Shown in pieces: positions 28,595-39,227 of a stretch of 64,000 nucleotides of DNA. Where the stretch lies: the NCBI GenBank assembly GCA_044237845.1, contig JBIIEL010000002.1:6550-70549 (forward strand). The letters run 5' to 3'. Numbering within the stretch: the first letter of the stretch is position 1; every line of letters starts with the position of its first letter. The notes beneath the pieces were generated by a model, which saw only the letters and a program-made list of their open reading frames with translations, did no database searches and was not told the DNA's origin. This DNA comes from Rickettsiales bacterium (lineage in GTDB: Bacteria > Pseudomonadota > Alphaproteobacteria > Rickettsiales > UBA3002). Made by a program: the position numbers and the translations under genes.

Positions 28595-29584
28595 CTAAAA
28601 ATACTGATCGCCCTTCATCAGGTAGTTCTGGATGTAGTCTTTCACCCCGTCTTCGAGGGAATAGAACGCGTCCTTATAGCCAGCCGCGCGCAGGCGATCC
28701 ATTTTCGCTTCGGTGAGGTACTGGTATTTGCTGCGCAGTTCCTCCGGCATGTCGATGAAGGTGATGGCGGGCGCTTTGCCAACAGCGGTGAAGGTCGCGG
28801 TTGCCAAATCCTTGAAGCTGCGCGCCTTGCCGGTGCCGAGGTTGAACAGGCCGTTCACACCCGGATTGGCCAGCAACCAGGCGACGACTTTGACGCAGTC
28901 TTTCACATAGAGGAAATCGCGCAGTTGTTCGCCGTCCTTATAGTCGTCGCGGTAGCTGTGGAACAGCTTGACCGGGCGGCCATGGGTGGCGTGCGGGAAA
29001 ATCTGGTTCACGACCGACCGCTGGTCCTCCTTATGGTATTCGTTCGCGCCATAGACGTTGAAGAATTTGAGCCCTGCCCATTGCGGCGGCGTGGCCTCTT
29101 TCGCTCTCGCTAGCGAGACGAACTGGTCGAACAGATGTTTGCTCCAGCCATAGGCGTTGAGCGGTTTGAGCTTGATGAGCGCGTCGATGCTGTTGTCGTC
29201 ATCGAACCCGGCATCACCATTGCCGTAGGTCGCGGCGGAGGAAGCGTAGATGAAGCGTTTTTTGTTTTTCGTCGCCCAGTTCCACAGCAGCTTGGAGAGG
29301 GTGAAGTTGGTGGCCAAAATCAGGTCGACATCCGTCTCTGTCGTCGACGATACCGCGCCCATATGCACGATGGCTTCGAGCTCGTTTTTGTTGAGCTCCA
29401 GCCAGTCGAAAATCTGCGCCGGGGCAATGACCTCGAAAATGCGGTGCTTGGCGAGGTTGCGCCATTTGTCGGTGCTGCCGAATTCATCCGCCACAATCAC
29501 GCGGTAGTCGGTATGATCCGCCAATGTGCCCGCGATGTTGCTGCCGATAAATCCGCCGCCGCCGGTGACCAGAATCCGTTTCAT
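28595..29584 (-). CDS. hldD: ADP-L-glycero-D-manno-heptose 6-epimerase
   Basis: TGGGGFIGSN, YASSAATYG, PLNAYGWSK, FFNVYG, YQYLTEA. Confidence 0.93.
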   Translation of the reverse strand: MKRILVTGGGGFIGSNIAGTLADHTDYRVIVADEFGSTDKWRNLAKHRIFEVIAPAQIFDWLELNKNELEAIVHMGAVSSTTETDVDLILATNFTLSKLLWNWATKNKKRFIYASSAATYGNGDAGFDDDNSIDALIKLKPLNAYGWSKHLFDQFVSLARAKEATPPQWAGLKFFNVYGANEYHKEDQRSVVNQIFPHATHGRPVKLFHSYRDDYKDGEQLRDFLYVKDCVKVVAWLLANPGVNGLFNLGTGKARSFKDLATATFTAVGKAPAITFIDMPEELRSKYQYLTEAKMDRLRAAGYKDAFYSLEDGVKDYIQNYLMKGDQYF

Positions 29585-29632
29585 AGATGCCTCAATGCAA
29601 GTTGCTGGGGCAAGTGTAGTGAGTCCGGGGGG

Positions 29633-29680
29633 CAGAGTCCAGAGTTCAGAGCCGAGAGTTCAGGGTTCAGGGTTCAGAGT
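29633..29680 (+). repeat. Degenerate CAGRGTT heptamer tract
   Basis: cagagtccagagttcagagccgagagttcagggttcagggttcagagt. Confidence 0.8.
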
Positions 29681-29756
29681 GCGCCGCGCTGTTGCCGAGA
29701 AAGCATGGCTGCAGATTCCCTATTCACAACGCAGCGTTCGCTGCTATAGTCCGGCC

Positions 29757-29993
29757 ATGCTCAAAGACAAACATCTGGTCGATGACCTTGCCAAAATGTT
29801 CTCCGGCGCGGCCGGGGCAGCGATGGATATGCGCCGCGAACTCGAAGCCCTCGTCGCCGATAAAATCGAGCGCGTGTTCGCCCGCGGGCATTATGTGACG
29901 CGCGAGGAATTCGAGGTCGTGCGCGACATGGCCGCCAAGGCGCGGGCTGAGAATGAGCGCCTCAGCGCTGAGTTAGCGAAGTTGAGGAAGTAG
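29757..29993 (+). CDS. Accessory factor UbiK family protein
   Basis: DDLAKM...VTREEFEVVRDMAAKARAENERL. Confidence 0.85.
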   Translation: MLKDKHLVDDLAKMFSGAAGAAMDMRRELEALVADKIERVFARGHYVTREEFEVVRDMAAKARAENERLSAELAKLRK

Positions 29994-30080
29994 GTTTAAC
30001 CGGATTTCCAGAACATGTCACCCCGTGGTAAACACAGGGTGACAGCCCTATTTTGGTTGGGTACGAGCGCAGAACCCCCA

Positions 30081-30100
30081 ATCTTCACAAAACTGTCACA
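30081..30100 (+). promoter_or_regulatory. Direct-repeat box copy 5
   Basis: ATCTTCACAAAACTGTCACA; TGC-TATTTT with the hexamer 21 nt downstream. Confidence 0.75.
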
Positions 30101-30256
30101 TTCAGGGGCGGCGTAATATGCTATTTTACCCTTAGTCTTTCGTTATTTGTGCCCTTTTGATTTTCAAAAACACGCATAACGCTAAGGACTATTCTGAAGC
30201 AGCCGCTTTGGGATTACAGTCCGCAAGGACTCAACTATGTAAATTTTAACTATGAT

Positions 30257-30484
30257 ATGAATATACAACCAATAAAGGAGAATTGGGGCAGCTTTTTGCT
30301 TACCTTCGTACTCCTTGTTTTGGGAGCAGGTTTCTTTTTATTTTCCAAACCCTGTTTGGCAAACTCAATCTTCAGCCTAGGGCTGGTGATTGGAGGTATA
30401 ATCTACGCCATAAAAATGGCGCAGATTTTATACAAAAAAGAAGCAGCTTCTGAAACGAACCGCTCGGAGACTAGCAATGACTAG
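30257..30484 (+). CDS. Orphan small 2-TM membrane protein
   Basis: Low-GC 75-aa ORF with two hydrophobic segments. Confidence 0.6.
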   Translation: MNIQPIKENWGSFLLTFVLLVLGAGFFLFSKPCLANSIFSLGLVIGGIIYAIKMAQILYKKEAASETNRSETSND

Positions 30485-30724
30485 TCTCCAAACATCTGCT
30501 CTGCATGAAGGCTTTATGCCCGATTGTATCAGATGTTTTTTTTACCCCCACTTCGCCGCCCACCACCATCCCTAGCGGCGCGATGCACAGACCCCACTAT
30601 ATTTTGATGGATTTTTATTTCCGCCTGTGTTTCACTCATTTTGTGCCGCACCTGCGAGAGCACGTGAAGAGCATGGACAGACTACCCGGCAAGTAACCCT
30701 GGGTCATTTTAATGAGGAGCACTC

Positions 30725-31231
30725 ATGTCCACAGTTCATTCCGTCGACGTTGCCGTTACTGCCCAAAACCCCCTCGATATCGCCGAACAACTGGTCGATG
30801 GCCGCGACTGGCTGTTTGACCGGCCAGACGAGGCCGAGCTGGTCGCCGAAGTCACCGGCAACTGGTGCAATTACCGTATCTGGTTTGCCTGGCAGCCCGA
30901 CCTCGGCGCGATGATGTTCACCTGCGCGTTCGACAGCAAAATCCCCGCCGCCTCGCGCAGCAAAATGTACCCCATGCTCGCCGCGGTGAACGAGAAAATG
31001 TGGCTCGGCCATTTCGACATGGGCACCGAAGACGGGGTGGTCATGTTCCGCCACGCGATGCTGCTTTCCGGCAACGGCGCCGCCTCGCCCGAGCAGCTCG
31101 AAGACCTGATGGACATCGCCATCGCCGAGTGCAACCGCTTCTACCCCGCGTTCCAATCGGTGCTGTGGGGCGGCAACTCGGTCGAAGAGGCGCTCAACAT
31201 CGCGCTGCTGGATACGGTGGGCGAGGCGTAG
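30725..31231 (+). CDS. YbjN-domain protein
   Basis: NPLDIAEQ...G.WC.Y...NEKMWLGHFD...FYPAFQ; GAGGAG RBS. Confidence 0.88.
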   Translation: MSTVHSVDVAVTAQNPLDIAEQLVDGRDWLFDRPDEAELVAEVTGNWCNYRIWFAWQPDLGAMMFTCAFDSKIPAASRSKMYPMLAAVNEKMWLGHFDMGTEDGVVMFRHAMLLSGNGAASPEQLEDLMDIAIAECNRFYPAFQSVLWGGNSVEEALNIALLDTVGEA

Positions 31232-31246
31232 GGGCTTCGCCGCGTT

Positions 31247-32428
31247 TTAAAGCGTCACCACCACCGCATCGGCGGCTTCGTTCGCTTTGCGGCGGGCGTT
31301 GGTGATGTCCTCGCCCAGCGCGAGGGCGACGCCCATGCGGCGATGGCCTGTGACCTCCGGTTTGCCGAACAAACGTAGTTGTGTATCCGGCGCGGCGAGG
31401 GCGGCGGTGAGGTTGGAAAATTGCACCTGCTTGGAATGGCCATCGACGAGGATGACGCGCGAGGCCGCTGCGCCATGCTGACGAATCGCCGGAATCGGCA
31501 GGCCGAGAATCGCCCGCGCATGCAGCGCAAACTCCGACAGATCCTGCGAGATGAGCGTGACCAGCCCCGTATCATGCGGCCGTGGCGAGACCTCGCTGAA
31601 GATGACGTCGTCGCCCTTCACGAAAAGCTCCACGCCGAATAATCCGTAGCCGCCGAGTGCGTCGGTGACTTTTTTCGCGATCTCTTCTGCAGCCTCGCGC
31701 GCAGCGCGCGACATAGGCTGAGGCTGCCAGGATTCCTGATAATCCCCGCCTTCCTGCCGGTGACCGATGGGCGCGCAGAAGCTTGTGCCGCCGACATGAC
31801 GCACGGTGAGGAGCGTGATTTCGTAGTCGAAATCGATGAAGCCCTCGACGATGACGTGCGTGCCGCCGGTGCGCGATTCTTCGCAAGCAATCTTCCAGGA
31901 ATCTGCGATTCCATGCGAATTTTTTATCACACTCTGTCCCTTGCCCGAGGAGCTCATGATGGGTTTCACCACGCAGGGAATGCCGATGGCGGCGACGGCG
32001 GCGCGGAACTCGGCTTCGTTGGTGGCGAAGCGGTAGGGCGAGGTGGGCAGGCCCAGCTCCTCGGCGGCGAGGCGGCGGATACCCTCGCGGTTCATGGTGA
32101 GCTGGGTGGCGCGTGCCGTCGGTACTACGCTAAATCCTTCGTCCTCCAAGGCACGAAGTGCCCCGGTGGCGATGGCTTCGATTTCGGGGACGATGAGATG
32201 GGGCTTTTCGGCGAGGATGATCTCCCGGAGTTTTTCGCCGTCGAGCATGGAGAGCACGTAGCTGCGGTGCGCGACCTGCATGGCCGGGGCGTTTTCGTAG
32301 CGGTCGAGCGCGATGATCTCCACCCCGTAGCCCGCGAGCGCGATGGCGACTTCCTTGCCCAGCTCGCCGGAGCCAAGCAGCATGACTTTTTTTGCAGTGG
32401 GGGAGAGCGGTGTGCCGATGCGGGTCAT
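31247..32428 (-). CDS. purT: Formate-dependent phosphoribosylglycinamide formyltransferase
   Basis: [29 protein letters not shown]. Confidence 0.97.
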   Translation of the reverse strand: MTRIGTPLSPTAKKVMLLGSGELGKEVAIALAGYGVEIIALDRYENAPAMQVAHRSYVLSMLDGEKLREIILAEKPHLIVPEIEAIATGALRALEDEGFSVVPTARATQLTMNREGIRRLAAEELGLPTSPYRFATNEAEFRAAVAAIGIPCVVKPIMSSSGKGQSVIKNSHGIADSWKIACEESRTGGTHVIVEGFIDFDYEITLLTVRHVGGTSFCAPIGHRQEGGDYQESWQPQPMSRAAREAAEEIAKKVTDALGGYGLFGVELFVKGDDVIFSEVSPRPHDTGLVTLISQDLSEFALHARAILGLPIPAIRQHGAAASRVILVDGHSKQVQFSNLTAALAAPDTQLRLFGKPEVTGHRRMGVALALGEDITNARRKANEAADAVVVTL

Positions 32429-32678
32429 GGGAGGCCTTGAGGTTAGTGATTATGGCTAAGGGGTTAGCAGGGCGGTAGCTTTTTGTCATCCATCCCGCGA
32501 GGGTTATAAATCTTCATAAAACTGTCACATTTCTTATGCTCGGATTCGGGTAAGATTAGTTCTGTTCATGCTGTATTTCTGTTTTTCATTCCTATGAAAA
32601 CGCAAAGACAACTTGATCAGGGGCAGATTATAAATCGCTTTGCTGTACGCTCCTAAGGCAAGGCATAAACTAAGGGTT

Positions 32679-32834
32679 GTGAACAACTTATTAGTTCTTT
32701 TATTTACAGACGGCGTAAGTTCAGAAAATGCACCTATATGGCTGTTCTGTCTTACTCTTCTAGCCCCCGCTATCGTGGCGCTAGTATTAACTGCTGATAT
32801 AATAATCAGGAGTTGCCGTGACAAACATCTTTAA
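32679..32834 (+). CDS. Small hydrophobic membrane peptide (51 aa, GTG start)
   Basis: Paralog of 27389-27547. Confidence 0.55.
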   Translation: MNNLLVLLFTDGVSSENAPIWLFCLTLLAPAIVALVLTADIIIRSCRDKHL

Positions 32835-32848
32835 GATGTTTGTAAATT

Positions 32849-32901
32849 AACGCTTCTGAATATTCCTTAGTTTTATACAAGGATGTTCAGGAGCGTTTTT
32901 T
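32849..32901 (+). terminator. Long-stem intrinsic terminator of the cassette
   Basis: aacgcttctgaatattcctt...aaggatgttcaggagcgtt followed by a T run. Confidence 0.75.
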
Positions 32902-32912
32902 ATGCGCACCAC

Positions 32913-35117
32913 TCACATAAAATAATACGGGTTCACATCGATTTTGATGCGTACGCCGGTGAATTTCTGGCCGTCGAGCCAGGCACGCAGGGTGCGCTGC
33001 AAATGAATGCCCGGCTTGGCTTTGACGAGGATGCGGTAGCGGAACTGGCCGCGCAGTTTCGACAGGGGCGCGGGCGCGGGGCCGAGCACGGTGAGGCGCG
33101 GATCGACCGGTGCGGATTGGGCGAGGATTTGCCCGGTGCGGCGGACTTTTGCTTCATCCACCCCATCCAGCAAAATCGCGGCGAGGCTTCCAAACGGCGG
33201 CCAGCCTCCGGCGCGGCGCTCCTTGGCTTCGAGCGCCATCAGTCGCGCGCGATCATGCGCGGCGAGGGATTGCATGACCGGGTGCTGCGGCTCATAGGTT
33301 TGCACCAGCACGCGGCCAGCCAGTTCGCCGCGCCCGGCGCGTCCACCGAGCTGGTGGAGGAGTTGATAGCTGCGCTCGCCCGCGCGCAGGTCGGCACCGC
33401 TGAGGCCGACATCCGCATCAACCACGACGACCAATGTGAGGCGCGGGAAATGGTGCCCCTTGGCCACCATCTGCGTGCCGACGATGATATCGACCTCGCC
33501 GCGCTCAATCGCCTCCCATGTCCCGGCGGCGATGGCTTCGTCGGAGGAGAGGATGGCGAGGGAGGGAGGTTTTTCGCCCTCTTGCGCATGGGCGAACATC
33601 GCCCGCGCTTCTTCGGCGATGCGCTCGACGCCGGGGCCGCAGGGGGCGAGCATCGCCGCGTCGGCATTGCAGCTGGGGCATTTTTTCGGCATCGGTTCGC
33701 GGTGGTCGCAGTGATGGCAATGGAGGCGGCTGTTGCTGTGCACGGTGAGCCACGCGCTGCAATCCGCGCATTGGAAACGATGGCCGCAATGGCGGCAGAG
33801 CAGCAGCGGCGCATAGCCGCGGCGGTTCAAAAACAGCAGCACCTGCTCGCCGCGCGCGAGGGTTTCGAGCATTTCTTTTTTGACGAGCGGTGAGAGGAAA
33901 TCGCCCCGCTCCGGCGGGTGAATGCGCATGTCGATGAGTTCGACGGCGGGCAGCCCCGCAGCGCCAAAACGCTCCGGCAAAGTGAGGGCGCGGTACTTGC
34001 CCTCGCGCACGTTCTCGAGCGTTTCAAGCGACGGCGTGGCGGAGGCGAGGATGATGGGAATGCCCTCGAAGCGGGCGCGGGCGACGGCCATGTCGCGCGC
34101 GTGGTAGAGCACGCCGTCTTCCTGCTTGTAGCTGGGGTCGTGCTCCTCATCGACGATGATGAGCGAGAGGTTGGCGAACGGTAAAAATAGCGCCGAGCGT
34201 GCGCCGACCACGACCTGCGCCTCGCCGCGCGCGATGGCCTGCCAGGCGCGGGATTTTTGCACCGGCGTCATCCGCGAATGCCAGACGATGGGTGCCGCGC
34301 CGAAGGTTTTTTCAAACCGCGCGAGCCATTGGTGGGTCAGTGCAATTTCGGGGAGGAGGATGAGGAGTTGTTTATTGGAAGGGGGCGTTCCGCCGCCGTT
34401 GGCTCGCAAACTCGCCCTTTCCGCTTCGCTCCAAGACGCTTCGCTGACCCCCTCGCTTCGCTTCGCTCGCGGCTCGCCATGGGAGGCTACGCACGGCTCA
34501 CTACTGGCACTGTTCTGTAACATCGCCGCGATGGCGTGGAAATAGACCTCCGTTTTGCCGGAGCCGGTGACGCCGTCGAGCAGGATGGGTTTTTCCGGCG
34601 CGGTGAGCAATGCCTCGGCCACCTGCTGCTGCGCGGGGGTGAGGGTGGGGAGGGTGATATTCCACGGCGCGGGCGCATAGGGTTTCTTTGGTGCCTTCGC
34701 CGCGTGGGCGAGGCCGCACAGCGACAGCACCGCACCCTTCGGGGCGAGCGTAAACTCTGCTACCCAGTCGAGCCACTGGCGATAGGAAAGCGGCAGCGGC
34801 GGCAAGTTCTCGATGACGCGGGTGATGGGTTTGAGTTGGAATTTTTTCCCTGAAGGGGGCATCGCCCCCTTCGCTTCGCTGACCCCCTCCGCACGCGGCT
34901 CGCGCCGTAAAGCGCTACGCAGGCCTGAAGCAGCGCTACTATTGCCTTCCGGCGCAGCCTGCCACACCACCCCCACGAGCTTTCGCCCGGCCAGCGTCGC
35001 CTCGACCACGGCGCCTTCTGGCGTGCCGATGGGTACGAGATAGTCGAACGGCGCCGGCACCAGCGCGGGCATCAGCACCGGGGCGGAAGAGGAGGGTTGC
35101 ACTGATGGCGCGTCCAT
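32913..35117 (-). CDS. priA: Primosomal protein N' (helicase) with two repeat-derived insertions
   Basis: [21 protein letters not shown], Zn-finger CxxC cluster, [11 protein letters not shown]. Confidence 0.97.
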   Translation of the reverse strand: MDAPSVQPSSSAPVLMPALVPAPFDYLVPIGTPEGAVVEATLAGRKLVGVVWQAAPEGNSSAASGLRSALRREPRAEGVSEAKGAMPPSGKKFQLKPITRVIENLPPLPLSYRQWLDWVAEFTLAPKGAVLSLCGLAHAAKAPKKPYAPAPWNITLPTLTPAQQQVAEALLTAPEKPILLDGVTGSGKTEVYFHAIAAMLQNSASSEPCVASHGEPRAKRSEGVSEASWSEAERASLRANGGGTPPSNKQLLILLPEIALTHQWLARFEKTFGAAPIVWHSRMTPVQKSRAWQAIARGEAQVVVGARSALFLPFANLSLIIVDEEHDPSYKQEDGVLYHARDMAVARARFEGIPIILASATPSLETLENVREGKYRALTLPERFGAAGLPAVELIDMRIHPPERGDFLSPLVKKEMLETLARGEQVLLFLNRRGYAPLLLCRHCGHRFQCADCSAWLTVHSNSRLHCHHCDHREPMPKKCPSCNADAAMLAPCGPGVERIAEEARAMFAHAQEGEKPPSLAILSSDEAIAAGTWEAIERGEVDIIVGTQMVAKGHHFPRLTLVVVVDADVGLSGADLRAGERSYQLLHQLGGRAGRGELAGRVLVQTYEPQHPVMQSLAAHDRARLMALEAKERRAGGWPPFGSLAAILLDGVDEAKVRRTGQILAQSAPVDPRLTVLGPAPAPLSKLRGQFRYRILVKAKPGIHLQRTLRAWLDGQKFTGVRIKIDVNPYYFM
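34378..34493 (+). repeat. Family A element (extended) in frame in priA
   Basis: Encodes [39 protein letters not shown]. Confidence 0.9.
34850..34921 (+). repeat. Family A element in frame in priA
   Basis: Encodes [24 protein letters not shown]. Confidence 0.9.
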
Positions 35118-35168
35118 TCTATGGGTTTCCTAGCATTCGTATGGCATTCATATTTAGGAGCAAGAGAC

Positions 35169-35819
35169 ATGAAGTTCTTCGTTGATACCGCAGACATCGC
35201 CGAAATCAAAGACCTCGCTGCAACCGGGTTGCTCGATGGCGTGACCACCAACCCCAGTCTCATTAAAAAAGCCGGGCGCGACTTCAAGGAAGTCATCGCC
35301 GAAATCTGCGCGGTGACGGATGGCCCGGTGAGCGCCGAAGTCGTGGCCATGGAGTTCGACGGCATGGTGAAGCAAGGCGAAGACCTCGCCAAAATCGCGA
35401 AAAACGTGACGATTAAAGTGCCGCTGACCATCGACGGACTCAAGGCCTGCCGCCATTTTCGCGATCAGGGGATTATGGTGAACGTGACGCTGTGCTTCTC
35501 GGCGGCGCAGGCGCTGCTCGCCGCCAAAGCGGGCGCGAGCTTCATCTCGCCGTTCGTCGGGCGGCTCGATGATGTCGGCAGCGATGGGTTGACGCTGATC
35601 CACGACATCGTGACGATTTACAATAATTATGATTTCGAGACCGAGGTGCTGGTCGCCTCCGTGCGCAACCCGATCCATATTGTCGAATCCGCGAAAATGG
35701 GCGCCCATGTGGTGACGGCTCCGGCCAGCGTGCTCAAAGCGCTGGTGAACCACCCGCTGACAGACCGTGGCCTCGAGATTTTCATGAAGGATTGGGCCGC
35801 GACCGGGCAGAAGCTTTAG
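35169..35819 (+). CDS. fsa: Transaldolase / fructose-6-phosphate aldolase family
   Basis: [26 protein letters not shown]. Confidence 0.93.
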   Translation: MKFFVDTADIAEIKDLAATGLLDGVTTNPSLIKKAGRDFKEVIAEICAVTDGPVSAEVVAMEFDGMVKQGEDLAKIAKNVTIKVPLTIDGLKACRHFRDQGIMVNVTLCFSAAQALLAAKAGASFISPFVGRLDDVGSDGLTLIHDIVTIYNNYDFETEVLVASVRNPIHIVESAKMGAHVVTAPASVLKALVNHPLTDRGLEIFMKDWAATGQKL

Positions 35820-36598
35820 AAACCCAAAGTCAATCTATTAGGGGTAGGTATGGTTTTAGTAAACGACAGGGGTGTGATAGAAGGAAGCGTTTGAGTTTCT
35901 AAATTGAGTGGCATGATGCCGCGTTCTTGATTGTAGTGCACAAGCACCCCAGAGTTGACCATCTCTTTTATGAAGGCAAGAATAGAAACCGTCGGATCAC
36001 TTTCATAAGGCGCCAGCTTTTTGCGCATTGCCTCGAACCCTGGCTGTGAAATGGCATTCCATCGCTCTTTAGTAATACCATCTGCAAGGAAGAAGAACTG
36101 CACACCTTTTTCCATTGCTTCATCCATAGATGTCAGATGCGCCGTCACACAGCGTGCAATATCGACGGGTGATTTGCTGACCCATTCTCCCATGGGGTTG
36201 CCGTCTTTGTCGTGTACTTGCTGAAATGCGTTATTAGCAGGAATCTTGTAAATCGTCGGCGAAGAATGTTTTAAACGTTCGAAGAATGCGGGGCGATCGG
36301 CAATAATCGAAAGTGGAACAGAGGAACCATCTTTCAAATTATGTACGCCGGTGCTGCACATGAAACAATATGGTTTGGCTCCCTCCATCCTATTCGGATT
36401 GAGAAGTTTGAATGCATAAGCATAGGCTGCGCCTTGGTTCGTACCGGCGAAGAGTAGCGGACCCTCATGCTCACTTTGCTTAGATGTTCCCTCAAATTGA
36501 TAATGAACACAGGTCTTTTGCCCTTGCGGATTGGGCATTAACTGATCGCCTTCAATCCGGTTTGGTGTGGAGTGATAAAGAATGGGCTTTTTGTTCAT
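35816..36598 (-). CDS. Hypothetical protein (orphan), probably leaderless
   Basis: Long low-GC ORF; ATG 5 nt after the putative -10. Confidence 0.75.
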   Translation of the reverse strand: MNKKPILYHSTPNRIEGDQLMPNPQGQKTCVHYQFEGTSKQSEHEGPLLFAGTNQGAAYAYAFKLLNPNRMEGAKPYCFMCSTGVHNLKDGSSVPLSIIADRPAFFERLKHSSPTIYKIPANNAFQQVHDKDGNPMGEWVSKSPVDIARCVTAHLTSMDEAMEKGVQFFFLADGITKERWNAISQPGFEAMRKKLAPYESDPTVSILAFIKEMVNSGVLVHYNQERGIMPLNLETQTLPSITPLSFTKTIPTPNRLTLGF

Positions 36599-36630
36599 CC
36601 CCGACACTATCATTTATACTTGGTTCGTTG

Positions 36631-36650
36631 TGTGACAATTTGATGACATT
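36631..36650 (-). promoter_or_regulatory. Direct-repeat box copy 7
   Basis: AATGTCATCAAATTGTCACA on the minus strand; TAGTGT 21 nt downstream. Confidence 0.7.
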
Positions 36651-36770
36651 TTGAGGGTGGCAACCCCGCATCACTTGCCCAAAAAACGGCGAGAACCCTT
36701 AAAAATGCCTGTTCTACCGTGAGTGTTGCCGGTTTTTCTGCTAGGGTGAAGCCTCAATGAGCGAGGATTC

Positions 36771-37523
36771 ATGAGCAATACCCTGCCCCAACCGGATGTG
36801 CTCGGTGCCGAGATGACCAAAAAACTGGTGATCGAGTATCTGAAGACCAACCCGCAATTTCTGGCCGAGCACCCGGATTTGTTCGAGGTGCTGACCCCGC
36901 CGGAGCAGCAGCATGGGCGCGGGGTGATCGATTTCCAATATTACGCGATTGATAATTTGCGCCGCACCAACCGCAAAATCAAAGACCGCATGGGCAGCCT
37001 CGTCACCAGCGCGCGTGAAAATATGTCGGTGCAGCAGCAGGTGCAGCGGGCGGTCGTCTCCACCATCCGCGCCCGCAATCTCGAAGAGTTGCTTGAGGTG
37101 CTGACCACCGACCTCATGACCTGGTTCGACATCGACATCGTACGGCTTGCCATGGAGTCCGACATGGCAGGGCTTTATGACACGTATTACCATGAGGATA
37201 ATTACTCCGGCATCTGCTTCGTGCCGAATGGAACGGCCAACGCCGTGTTACTCGGCGAGAAAGTGCGGCTGATTGCCGATACGCAGGTGGAGCCGCCGAT
37301 CGGTTTTGAAATGGTATTCGCCGAATGTTCGAGCCTGGTGCGCTCGAGCGCGCTGGTGCGGCTCGACCTGCCGACCATCAAGCGTCCGGCGATTCTCGCT
37401 TTCGGCGTGCGCCACGAAAACCGCTTCCACCCGCATCAGGGTGGGGAGCTGCTCGGTTTCCTTGGGGAAGTGATGAGCATTGTGCTTGACCGCTGCCTGA
37501 CCGAGAGCGATTTTACGGGGTAG
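36771..37523 (+). CDS. DUF484 family protein
   Basis: V.EYL..NPQFL.EHPDL...GVIDFQ; RFHPHQGGELLGFL; upstream of xerC. Confidence 0.85.
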   Translation: MSNTLPQPDVLGAEMTKKLVIEYLKTNPQFLAEHPDLFEVLTPPEQQHGRGVIDFQYYAIDNLRRTNRKIKDRMGSLVTSARENMSVQQQVQRAVVSTIRARNLEELLEVLTTDLMTWFDIDIVRLAMESDMAGLYDTYYHEDNYSGICFVPNGTANAVLLGEKVRLIADTQVEPPIGFEMVFAECSSLVRSSALVRLDLPTIKRPAILAFGVRHENRFHPHQGGELLGFLGEVMSIVLDRCLTESDFTG

Positions 37524-37535
37524 AGGTTTGTTGCT

Positions 37536-37612
37536 TGAAGGGGGTATCGCCCCCTTCGCAGCGCTGCTGCTGACCCCCTCCGCTTCGCGGCTCGCGCCGA
37601 AAAGCGCTACGC
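37536..37612 (+). repeat. Family A palindromic element (intergenic)
   Basis: tgaagggggtatcgcccccttcgc...gctgaccccctcc...ggctcgcgccgaaaagcgctacgc. Confidence 0.9.
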
Positions 37613-37637
37613 GAAACATTCTTTAACGTGGATTCTG

Positions 37638-38594
37638 ATGACAAAAACCGCCACCGCACCACCACCAATCGCTGCTGAAGTGAGTGCGCATTTGCGCGCG
37701 TGGCTCAAAGAAATGGCGGGGGTGCGCCGCGCGAGCATGCATTCGGTGACGGCCTATATGCACGACGTATCGGGCTTCCTTGCGTTTTTATTTCAACATT
37801 ACGGCAAGGCGCTGTCGCTTGCGGAGCTTGAGAAAACCGAGGAGCGCGATATCCGCGCCTGGCTCGCCTACCGCGCGCAGAAAGGCTATGCGAAATCCAG
37901 CAACGCGCGGGCACTTTCTGCGGTGCGCACCTTCTTCAAACATCTGAATACCCATGCCGGCATCCGTAACCTCGCGGCGCTGCAAACAGCGACCCCCAAG
38001 CGCGACAAGCCACTGCCCAAAGCACCGAGTGAGGCACAGGCACGCGCCGCGCTCGAGCGTTTTTCGGAGCGTAACCCTGAGCCGTGGATCGCTGCGCGTG
38101 ACCACGCGATCGCGCTACTGCTCTATGGCTGCGGCCTACGCATCAGCGAGGCGATGAACCTTACTCTTGCGGATGTGGCACATAGCGGCAGCAGCTTGCG
38201 CATCCTCGGCAAAGGGAACAAGGAACGGCAGGTGCCGCTGCTCACCCTCGTGCGCAAAGCAATTGAGGAGTACCTCGCGCAGTCGCCATACCATTGGCAT
38301 CAGAACGCAGGCTATCCGCTGTTCGTGGGCGCGCGGGGGAAGAAATTACAACCCGCCGTATTCACTCGCTGCTTGCAGCAATTGCGCCGCGAGATGGGGC
38401 TGCCCGAAAGCCTGACGCCGCATGCGCTGCGCCATGGATTTGCAACCCATCTGCTTTCGCGTGGGGCAGAGCTGCGCGACATTCAGGAGCTGCTCGGTCA
38501 TGTGAGCCTTTCGACCACGCAGCGTTATACGCATGTTGATTCTGCACGGCTGATGGAGGCGTATAATGCCGCACATCCGAGTGCTGTGGAGTAG
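37638..38594 (+). CDS. xerC: Tyrosine recombinase XerC
   Basis: LYGCGLRISE, GKGNKER, TPHALRHGFATHLL, LLGH..LSTTQRY; DUF484 synteny. Confidence 0.92.
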   Translation: MTKTATAPPPIAAEVSAHLRAWLKEMAGVRRASMHSVTAYMHDVSGFLAFLFQHYGKALSLAELEKTEERDIRAWLAYRAQKGYAKSSNARALSAVRTFFKHLNTHAGIRNLAALQTATPKRDKPLPKAPSEAQARAALERFSERNPEPWIAARDHAIALLLYGCGLRISEAMNLTLADVAHSGSSLRILGKGNKERQVPLLTLVRKAIEEYLAQSPYHWHQNAGYPLFVGARGKKLQPAVFTRCLQQLRREMGLPESLTPHALRHGFATHLLSRGAELRDIQELLGHVSLSTTQRYTHVDSARLMEAYNAAHPSAVE

Positions 38595-38602
38595 TTATTT
38601 TC

Positions 38603-38680
38603 CTGAAGTGGGCATCGCCCCCTACGCGGCTAAAGCCGCTGACCCCCTCCGCAAGCGGCTCGCCATGGAAGGCTACGCAC
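38603..38680 (+). repeat. Family A palindromic element (intergenic)
   Basis: ctgaagtgggcatcgccccct...gctgaccccctcc...ggctcgccatggaaggctacgcac. Confidence 0.9.
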
Positions 38681-38892
38681 GATAATCACGAATGTTATTA
38701 CTACGACCCGCTTCTCCTGCTGCAATATAGGGCATGCTGCGACGCAGTATAAATGACATCTATTTCAAATGCATTTCACTTGCTGCAGCGCATGACTATG
38801 GTGCAGCGCCGCATGCAATTGCCATGATTTATGCTGCAGTTTGTGCTATAAAGAAAGTGAGGATAAACCTCAGAAAGTGTAAGGGTAGATTT

Positions 38893-39087
38893 ATGAAACT
38901 GATTCATGTGATTTCGTTGCTTCTTATCGTTATTGGCGGCCTGCATTTCGCACTCTCCGCAATCGGGATGAATATTATGGGGACGCTGTTTGGCTCCATC
39001 AATATGAACATCGTGAACCTGTTGGTTGGTATTGCTATCATCCATCATGTGCTTCCGAGCGTGAAAGCTGTGATTGGGGCTAAATAG
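38893..39087 (+). CDS. Small membrane protein, DUF378-like
   Basis: LLLIVIGGLHFAL...LFG...IVNLLVGIA. Confidence 0.65.
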   Translation: MKLIHVISLLLIVIGGLHFALSAIGMNIMGTLFGSINMNIVNLLVGIAIIHHVLPSVKAVIGAK

Positions 39088-39133
39088 TTCCCACTAGCAA
39101 CGCCGGCGCGGATAACCGCTGCCGAGTGAATCA

Positions 39134-39164
39134 AGACCCCGTCGGAGACATCCGGCGGGGTTTT
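39134..39164 (+). terminator. Rho-independent terminator
   Basis: agaccccgtcgga-gaca-tccggcggggtttt. Confidence 0.8.
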
Positions 39165-39227
39165 GTGTTTTTGGGTGGCTCGCCCGGCTCGCTGGCATCC
39201 GTTCTGTGAATGTGATAGTCGATAGCC

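Larger units (their letters stand above)
32509..32904 (+). repeat. ~396-bp duplicated cassette, copy 2 (box copy 6 at 32510-32529)
   Basis: Inverted near-identical copy of 27319-27716. Confidence 0.95.

Noticed and set aside
27399-32824. Opposite-strand ORFs in the duplicated cassette (27399-27725, 32534-32824)
   Set aside because: They run against the promoter and terminator orientation and their frames diverge between the copies.
37638-38594. Tyrosine recombinase as an integron or phage integrase mobilising the cassettes
   Set aside because: Sequence and DUF484 synteny fit housekeeping XerC; there is no IntI-specific insertion, and the box does not resemble dif or attC.
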